A stretch of DNA of 51,639 bases from a virus (lineage: Duplodnaviria > Caudoviricetes), in the IMG/VR virus record IMGVR_UViG_3300020120_000103, positions 1 through 51,639 of that record; one strand, 5' to 3'. Below, in pieces: positions 45,921 to 51,639 of this stretch (the first letter of the stretch is position 1; every line of letters starts with the position of its first letter). A model generated the notes under the pieces. The model did no database searches. It worked only from the letters and a program-made list of their open reading frames with translations, and was not told where the DNA came from. The translations under genes were made by a program, and so were the position numbers.

Positions 45921-46391
45921 TTAGCCCTCGGTCTTGAAGGTGATGGACGACCGGAGCTGACCCGTGTTGATGAGAGGCTTCGAGGAGCCCTTCCGCGCGA
46001 TGGTGCCCGGCCGGTTGCTCGGCGGGATGCCGTCCGCGATGCGCGCCTGGATGCCTCCGACGCACCAAAGACCGAAGCGCTCCATGGCCACCTCGCGGGT
46101 GATCTTGCCCTGGGCCACCTGCCGGAGGAGCATCTCCCAGCGCTCCTTGGCCTCGCCGCGGGTCTCGTCGAACCACGCGCGCAAGAACGATCGCGCCGGG
46201 ATGTGCTCGGTGCCGAACTCGTTCCAGATCGCGACCTCCAGGACCGTCGCACCATCCTCGTAGGCCGCCGCACCCTCCGCCTCGTGAATGCCCACCGTCA
46301 CCTCGGGGCGCTCCTCGGCCATCGTGTGGATGGCCTTCACGCGCTTCTTGTAGCCGTGGTCGCGGTCCTCGACCTTAGTCCCGTGGCCCAT
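45921..46391 (-). CDS. neck/tail completion protein
   Basis: VAIWNEFGT.HIPARSFLR, TIARKGSSKPLINTGQLRSSIT. Confidence 0.8.
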   Translation of the reverse strand: MGHGTKVEDRDHGYKKRVKAIHTMAEERPEVTVGIHEAEGAAAYEDGATVLEVAIWNEFGTEHIPARSFLRAWFDETRGEAKERWEMLLRQVAQGKITREVAMERFGLWCVGGIQARIADGIPPSNRPGTIARKGSSKPLINTGQLRSSITFKTEG

Positions 46392-46473
46392 AGAACCTGT
46401 CCCAGAGAGCCCACAGGGTCATGAAGATCATCCAGAGCATCGCGAGCTGCACATCGAGGGTCATCGGCGGCAT
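46375..46473 (-). CDS. tiny membrane peptide
   Basis: MPPMTLDVQLAMLWMIFMTLWALWDRFYGPRD. Confidence 0.4.
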   Translation of the reverse strand: MPPMTLDVQLAMLWMIFMTLWALWDRFYGPRD

Positions 46474-46556
46474 GCTGTCACCGCGAGGTAGAAGCCCCAC
46501 ACGAAGCCCAGCGCGGCCCCGGTCATGATCTGGCCCATCACGAGTACCCAGTCCAT
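46461..46556 (-). CDS. tiny membrane peptide
   Basis: MDWVLVMGQIMTGAALGFVWGFYLAVTACRR; TGATG coupling. Confidence 0.45.
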   Translation of the reverse strand: MDWVLVMGQIMTGAALGFVWGFYLAVTACRR

Positions 46557-46831
46557 CACGCCACCCTGAACCCGCTGGCCACCTGGCCCTGCAGCTTCAC
46601 GTATGTCGTCCAGTACGTCGTCGTACCGTCCTTGGCCACGAGCCGGGCGTTCTGCCCGAAGGGCGAGGTCGCGAGCTTGTGAGCCGCGAGGTACGCCTGA
46701 CCCTGGTCGGCCTTCGCGCGCCAGACCGAGACGTCAATCTCCAGCGTCGCCGCGTCGAGCATGGACTGCACGAGCGCTACGTCTGTGCTCGCGAATTCGG
46801 GGAACTGGATCTGAAACTGGACGACGTTCAT
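46556..46831 (-). CDS. head-tail adaptor (DUF4054-like)
   Basis: F...FPEF, YLAAHKL, TTY. Confidence 0.8.
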   Translation of the reverse strand: MNVVQFQIQFPEFASTDVALVQSMLDAATLEIDVSVWRAKADQGQAYLAAHKLATSPFGQNARLVAKDGTTTYWTTYVKLQGQVASGFRVA

Positions 46832-47007
46832 GATGGGAAGATCTCCGGCATCTCCTTCTTCAGGGTAGCCACGAGGTCGTCGATCTCCTCGTCGGTGCCG
46901 TGCAGGTACAGCGCCGCGAGCAGGGCGCCGTTCTCCGCCGCGCCGGGTGTGTCCGCGTCCAGGGACGCCTTGTAGACGAGGTGCAAGATGAGGTCACGGT
47001 TCGTCAT
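46828..47007 (-). CDS. hypothetical protein
   Basis: manual ORF MTNRDLILHLVY..EIFPS; GGGGAG RBS; ATGA coupling. Confidence 0.5.
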   Translation of the reverse strand: MTNRDLILHLVYKASLDADTPGAAENGALLAALYLHGTDEEIDDLVATLKKEMPEIFPS

Positions 47008-47209
47008 CGACCGGCTCCCCTGTGTAGAGGTTGGTCATGCGCGCGGGCGCGTCCTGGCGCTCCTGCTCGGGGCCAGGCCGACCGTCGTTGTCGCCGCGGT
47101 AGCCATCGGCGTAGGCCGCGCGGCCCTGAGCCTCCGCCTCGCCGCGGGTCTTGAACACGTGACCGTGCGAGCCCCACTTGAAACCGCCCTTCACTCGATG
47201 GACTGGCAT
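46994..47209 (-). CDS. small basic phage protein
   Basis: MPVHRVKGGFKWGSHG..AEAQGRAAYADGY; GGAGGAAGG RBS. Confidence 0.65.
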   Translation of the reverse strand: MPVHRVKGGFKWGSHGHVFKTRGEAEAQGRAAYADGYRGDNDGRPGPEQERQDAPARMTNLYTGEPVDDEP

Positions 47210-47264
47210 GTGACCTTCCTCCAGAGCCACCGCGCGCACGCGCCCAGGAACCCGATCACGAACA

Positions 47265-47579
47265 TCATCGCCGGCTCCTTGTGGTAGGCGGGAGACCCTC
47301 TTCCTTCTCGGCCTCGACGGCCCTCTTGGCGTTCAGAAGCGAACACCCCGAACGATCTCGGATCATGCGGATGGCCTGGATGGGATGCTTCCACACCATC
47401 TCCCGCTCCTGCCCCGTGAGTATGGGCACGATGCTGTCCGGCGGCAGCGACGAGGGCGGGGCCTGCGGGGCGGGAGTCTCCAGCGCGATGATGTTGCGCT
47501 CGACCGCGCGACCGTGGCGGTAAGCGACCACCGCTACCAGGATCATGATCCAGGGATAGAGTGCTTCGATGAGGGCCAT
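47265..47579 (-). CDS. membrane-anchored protein with ribosomal L7/L12 C-terminal-like motif
   Basis: N-terminal TM; PIQAIRMIRDRSGCSLLNAKRAVE. Confidence 0.6.
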   Translation of the reverse strand: MALIEALYPWIMILVAVVAYRHGRAVERNIIALETPAPQAPPSSLPPDSIVPILTGQEREMVWKHPIQAIRMIRDRSGCSLLNAKRAVEAEKEEGLPPTTRSRR

Positions 47580-47854
47580 CACGATCCCTCCTGCACTTCT
47601 GGTTCCACGTCGATGGTGACGAAACCCATTGAGCATCCGCACTTGCACGGCCGGGCGCACCGGAAGTAGATGCCCTCGATGGTCGCCATGGCCTGCAGCG
47701 CCTCCTGGCCCTCCGCGCGAATGTCCTCGCGGCAGTGCGCGCACACGCTCGCGCCGTATACCAGCTCTTCGAGCACACCCTTGCGCCCCTTCAGGCGCGA
47801 GCACTGCCGGAGGAGCATGTCGATCTTCGTGTCCGACTTGGGTACCTTGGCCAC
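47579..47854 (-). CDS. Cys-rich hypothetical protein
   Basis: CAHC, C..PCKCGC; TATCCT box upstream. Confidence 0.6.
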   Translation of the reverse strand: MAKVPKSDTKIDMLLRQCSRLKGRKGVLEELVYGASVCAHCREDIRAEGQEALQAMATIEGIYFRCARPCKCGCSMGFVTIDVEPEVQEGS

Positions 47855-47857
47855 GCT

Positions 47858-49300
47858 TCAGGATAGGCCCGGGAACATGGTCTTCGCCTTGGCCATCGCC
47901 GCCTTGTAGTTCGCGGTCTTGGTCTGGATGTAGTTCAGCACCTGCGAGACCATGTCGACGCGGTCGTCGTGCGCGGCCATCGGGAAGGTCACCATCTCTT
48001 GCTCCAGGTCGTCGATCCACGGCGCGATGGACGGGTCCGGGAAGAACACGTTGCCCGCCTCGAACAGCGGCGCTACCGCGTTGGCGCGGGCCAGCTTGCC
48101 GCCCTCGGGGGTGATCGCGATGATGCCCGGGATCTTCTTCTGGAGGGTCTGGATGACCGCGGTGCCGTTGGCCTTGTCCTCGATGAGCTTCGAGATGGTC
48201 TTGGGCCACCGCCGCGTCATGGCTTCGACGGCAGCGCAGGTCGCGGGGAAGTCGAGGTGCTCCCAGACGAGGTCGAGGAGGTAGTACTCCGCCCCGCTGA
48301 TGCCCCAGACCCCGCCGCAGACATAGTCCGACCCGTCCGTGTCCTTGAACGCGCAGTCCCAGCTCTGCAGCATCTGGTCGAAGCGCGCCGGGGCCGCCTT
48401 GTAGTGCCGGAACCATCCGCGCTGGAAGATCGCGCCCTGCTCGGGCGAGGGCCGCTGCTGGAGCTGCGCCGCGGTGCCGCGCGGGCCGAGGTCGCGCTCC
48501 ATGCGCTTCACCTCCTCGTCCGGGAAGCGCACTGGGTCGAGCAGCTCACCCTCCTCGGTGCGGATGTCGCCGCCTAGCTTCGTGTAGCAGCACGCGCTCT
48601 TCTCGAAGCGCATGGGCAGCCGCAGCCACTCCCAACCCGGCTCCTGCTGCGCGATGCCCGCCAGGTCCGCCTCGTGGAGGCGCTGCATGATCAGGACGCG
48701 CCGGCCGGTCTTCTGGTCCTTGAAGCGGGTCGGGATGGTCTCCTTCCACCAGAGCCGCACCGTCTCCAGGGTCTTCTTGCTGATGTCCTTAGGCTTCTGC
48801 GGGTCGTCGATGATCATGATGTCGCAGTGGCGACCCGTCATCTTCCCGCCGACCGACGTGCTGTAACGCCACCCGCCCTGGAGGTTGGTGAAGTCCCCCG
48901 CGGCCACGTCCTCCGGGATCCGCACGAGGTGGCCCCAGCGATCGAGGAACCACCCGCTCTGCATCAGGTTGATCTGCCGACGAGCATCGCGGAGCGTCAG
49001 ATCTCCGTCGAAGGACACGTCGATGAACTGGTGCTCGGGGTGCTGGATCCAATCCCACGACGGCCAGAAGGCCGCCACCAGGAGGCTCTTGCTCATGCCC
49101 GGCGGGATGTTGATCCCGAGCCACCGTATCTCGCCGCGGGAGACAGCTTCGAGGTGCTCGCAGACCGCGTCGATGTGCCAGTTGGGTCGGTACTCGGTGG
49201 CTGGCTCGACGATGGGCCACGCCATCTTCACGAACTCGGCCAGGCCACCGCGGAGCCCCAGCTCGCGGTCGAGGGAGATGTCTTCAGGGTCAGAGATCAC
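47858..49300 (-). CDS. terL: terminase large subunit
   Basis: INIPPGMSKS, IIDDP, IMQRLH..DL, SWD.AFK, IEDKANG, HDDRVD. Confidence 0.95.
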   Translation of the reverse strand: MISDPEDISLDRELGLRGGLAEFVKMAWPIVEPATEYRPNWHIDAVCEHLEAVSRGEIRWLGINIPPGMSKSLLVAAFWPSWDWIQHPEHQFIDVSFDGDLTLRDARRQINLMQSGWFLDRWGHLVRIPEDVAAGDFTNLQGGWRYSTSVGGKMTGRHCDIMIIDDPQKPKDISKKTLETVRLWWKETIPTRFKDQKTGRRVLIMQRLHEADLAGIAQQEPGWEWLRLPMRFEKSACCYTKLGGDIRTEEGELLDPVRFPDEEVKRMERDLGPRGTAAQLQQRPSPEQGAIFQRGWFRHYKAAPARFDQMLQSWDCAFKDTDGSDYVCGGVWGISGAEYYLLDLVWEHLDFPATCAAVEAMTRRWPKTISKLIEDKANGTAVIQTLQKKIPGIIAITPEGGKLARANAVAPLFEAGNVFFPDPSIAPWIDDLEQEMVTFPMAAHDDRVDMVSQVLNYIQTKTANYKAAMAKAKTMFPGLS

Positions 49301-49309
49301 ACCTGAAGG

Positions 49310-50029
49310 TTAGCCCAACTCGCCGCGCAATTTCTCCATGGCCGCATCTCGCGTGCTCTCGACCCAGCTCACCGGCATCTTCAGCAGCGTGCTCGTCGCC
49401 GCCACGCTCTTGCCCTGGTAGTACAGGCACTCCATCACGCGGCGCTGCCCTTCCGGCAGGGCGAGGACAGCCTCACGCACGCTCGTGTGCTCCTCGTCGT
49501 CGACAGCCTCCGCGTCGGGCAGTGGCTTGCTGTCGGGCACCGCCTCGTGCAGCGTGCTGCCCTCCGCGATCTGCTGGTCCAGGGAGATGGTCGTCGGCAG
49601 TAGGGCCCACGCGTCCATCTTCTCCTGACTCACGCCCAGCTCCTCGGCGGTGGGCGCCCGGCCATGGACGGTCATGAACTGCTCGATCTGCTTCAGGACC
49701 TTGTAGGGCATCCCGGTGCCGCGGGGTCGGTAGATGAGGCCAGCCTTCTCGCAGCACTTGCTGATCTCGTACCAGACGCGGTAGGCGAAGTACGTGCTGA
49801 AGGTCTTCGTCACGTCGATGTTGTCGATCGTGTAGAGGAACGCGATCAGTGCCGCCTGCGTCAGGTCTTCGACCTCGACGCCCTCCGGCGCCCATCGCGT
49901 GAACTTGCCGACGAGGCGATGGACCAGGTTCATGTTCTCGCGCACGAGGCGGTCAGCCAGCGCGCGCTTCTTCTTGGCGTTGCGTTCCTTGCGGTAGGCG
50001 AGGAGCAGCGGGTCGTTCTTGGAGATCAT
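49310..50029 (-). CDS. sigma70-family RNA polymerase sigma factor
   Basis: LVRENMNLV, EDLTQ, FSTY, GRAPTAEEL, SLD, LPEGQRRV. Confidence 0.88.
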   Translation of the reverse strand: MISKNDPLLLAYRKERNAKKKRALADRLVRENMNLVHRLVGKFTRWAPEGVEVEDLTQAALIAFLYTIDNIDVTKTFSTYFAYRVWYEISKCCEKAGLIYRPRGTGMPYKVLKQIEQFMTVHGRAPTAEELGVSQEKMDAWALLPTTISLDQQIAEGSTLHEAVPDSKPLPDAEAVDDEEHTSVREAVLALPEGQRRVMECLYYQGKSVAATSTLLKMPVSWVESTRDAAMEKLRGELG

Positions 50030-50172
50030 CCCTTCACCAGGGCGAACACGTTCCCGAAGACCATGATGGCCCCGGCCGCACCGAGCAGCATCGGCGTGTT
50101 CGCGAATCCGCCGATGGCAGACAGCGTTGCACTTGCCAGGCCACAGAGGCCCAGGACCCTCAAGGGGTTCAC
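50026..50172 (-). CDS. small membrane protein
   Basis: two hydrophobic segments; coupled start/stop. Confidence 0.5.
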   Translation of the reverse strand: MNPLRVLGLCGLASATLSAIGGFANTPMLLGAAGAIMVFGNVFALVKG

Positions 50173-50227
50173 TGCTGCTCCAGCATCTGAAGCACGATCC
50201 GGCCTGCCTTGACGACTTCCTCTTCGG

Positions 50228-51151
50228 TCATGGTCGCGCCTTCCTCTGATCGGCGGCGAGGGCATGGACGTACCCTCCCTTGTCCACGTCGTAGCTCACC
50301 AGGGCCCCGCCGATGTCCCAGTCGCCGCTGATGCGGTTCGCGAACTCGCTCTTCTTGCGCTGGTAGGTGCCGGGGGCCACCAGGAGCGCGCCGTCCCAGG
50401 TCGCGGCGACGAACTTGTGGAGGTGGCCCATGGCCAGCACGTCCACGTGCTCTCCCAGGTCGTCGACGCGGTCGGACATCACCTTGATGACGCCCATCTT
50501 GCTGGCGCTGCCGCCCGCCGGGTGCCAGAGGTGCCAGTCCGCACCGTGGATCTGCGCACGGCCGACGCACACACCCGCGAAGCGCCAGTCGATGCCATTC
50601 TCGCGCATGCGGCTGGCCACGATCGCGCCGCTGGGCGTCCCGATGGACGCGGAGTAGTAGCCATCGTGGTTGCCATCGATGGCGACGTACGTGAACGGAG
50701 GGGCCTTGCGAATCGTGCGCAGGCACCGGATGAACTGGCTCTCGAAGCCGACCCAGTCCTGGTCACCGAGGAGCACCGGCTTGTTGCCGTCGAGCAGGTC
50801 TCCGGTGTGCACCGCGACGCGGGCGCCTGCTTCCCAGCTGCGGGTCAGGTGCTCCAGGATATCCTCCTCGGCGGTGTGCCGGCAGCCGAAGTGCGTGTCG
50901 GAGAAGTGGCAGACCGAGTACCGGCCGGGCTTCACCGCTCCGATCACGATGCGCTCGGCACCCTCCGCGGCCACCTGGCTGAACACGTACCCGTCGCGGA
51001 CGCGGATCTGGAAGCCTCGCTTGGCTCCCTCCTCCACCGCGCCTTGGAGCTGCTTCGTGTTGATCTTCGCCTTGAGTAGAACGGCCTCCAGGGGCTGCGC
51101 ACGCTTGTTGGTGATCCTGACGATGTCCTCGATGGTCGAAATGGTGCTCAT
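50228..51151 (-). CDS. calcineurin-like metallophosphoesterase
   Basis: SDTH, GDLLDG, GNHD, GHLH. Confidence 0.88.
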   Translation of the reverse strand: MSTISTIEDIVRITNKRAQPLEAVLLKAKINTKQLQGAVEEGAKRGFQIRVRDGYVFSQVAAEGAERIVIGAVKPGRYSVCHFSDTHFGCRHTAEEDILEHLTRSWEAGARVAVHTGDLLDGNKPVLLGDQDWVGFESQFIRCLRTIRKAPPFTYVAIDGNHDGYYSASIGTPSGAIVASRMRENGIDWRFAGVCVGRAQIHGADWHLWHPAGGSASKMGVIKVMSDRVDDLGEHVDVLAMGHLHKFVAATWDGALLVAPGTYQRKKSEFANRISGDWDIGGALVSYDVDKGGYVHALAADQRKARP

Positions 51152-51168
51152 GCGTCCTTGTAGGATAG

Positions 51169-51537
51169 TCACTCGAACCGCGGCGGTTTCGGGAACCACA
51201 GCCACCCGTTGCGGGTCAGGAGATCGTAGAGCGGCGGCTCCTGGAAGGAGATGATCATCTCCTCGCGCCGGCCCCTCTCGTCGGCTGTCTTACCGCCCGT
51301 GACCTTCTCGCGCATGTCACCGGACGCGTCGCTCCAGGCTACGTGCATCAGCTCGTGGAAGAGCTTCATCTTCATGGTCTCGAAGGGTCCGACCGCGATC
51401 GTGATCGTGTTCGTCTCCGGGTCGAAGATGGCGTGGCACTCGTTGCCCTCATCGTCGGTCGGGCTGGTGCGTGTCACGTAGACCTTGATCTCGCCCCGCG
51501 GCGCCGCGACCTTGAGCCAGAGCTTCTGCCCGCGCAT
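51169..51537 (-). CDS. HExxH metallopeptidase-like protein
   Basis: KLFHELMH..REE; ATG coupled to the DUF5664 stop. Confidence 0.65.
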   Translation of the reverse strand: MRGQKLWLKVAAPRGEIKVYVTRTSPTDDEGNECHAIFDPETNTITIAVGPFETMKMKLFHELMHVAWSDASGDMREKVTGGKTADERGRREEMIISFQEPPLYDLLTRNGWLWFPKPPRFE

Positions 51538-51620
51538 CAGACGGCTCCGCAGACGGGCACGGCCTTGCGCGAGTAGCACCCCGGCCGGAGCTTGCTCTCG
51601 ATGTCCAGGATCTGCAGGGA
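51537..51620 (-). CDS. DUF5664-like protein, 3' part across the circular junction
   Basis: in-frame continuation SLQILDIESKLRPGCYSRKAVPVCGAV*; its TGA overlaps the next ATG. Confidence 0.8.
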   Translation of the reverse strand, partial: SLQILDIESKLRPGCYSRKAVPVCGAV

Positions 51621-51639
51621 CTCCTGATCACCGTACTCC
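51621..51639. repeat. terminal direct repeat, copy 2
   Basis: identical to 1-19. Confidence 0.95.

Noticed and set aside
51149-51167. TATCCT before the metallophosphoesterase as a leaderless promoter
   Set aside because: Gap is 10 nt and contains AAGGA, so it was not counted in the 5-6 nt class

Overview
A complete, circularly assembled, GC-rich tailed phage genome of about 51.6 kb. Bases 1-19 equal 51621-51639, and a DUF5664-like gene reads in frame across the join. The DUF3383 sheath, DUF3277 tube and baseplate J genes indicate a contractile tail, and the head genes are DUF1073 portal, DUF2213 protease and DUF2184 capsid types. No integrase, tRNA or CRISPR array was seen. Replication genes: primase-polymerase/VirE, Cas4-like nuclease, SNF2 helicase, SSB-like protein, dUTPase, family A DNA polymerase. 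Morphogenesis genes are scrambled over both strands. The most distinctive feature is a two-tier promoter architecture read directly from the sequence. (i) Four sigma54-type -24/-12 elements form two divergent pairs, three of them exactly 12 nt before an ATG. (ii) About 16 C-TANNNT boxes lie 5-6 nt before start codons of mostly structural genes, suggesting leaderless mRNAs, alongside a phage-encoded sigma70-family factor. Other highlights: an RQDA/RxD motif shared by head proteins, a glycosyltransferase plus two methyltransferases inside the replication operon, a duplicated head-decoration gene, a lipoprotein trypsin-like protease in the baseplate module, and an unannotated -1 frameshift chaperone. 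The host is possibly Myxococcota (inference). All family calls come from motif recognition by eye; no database searches were run.
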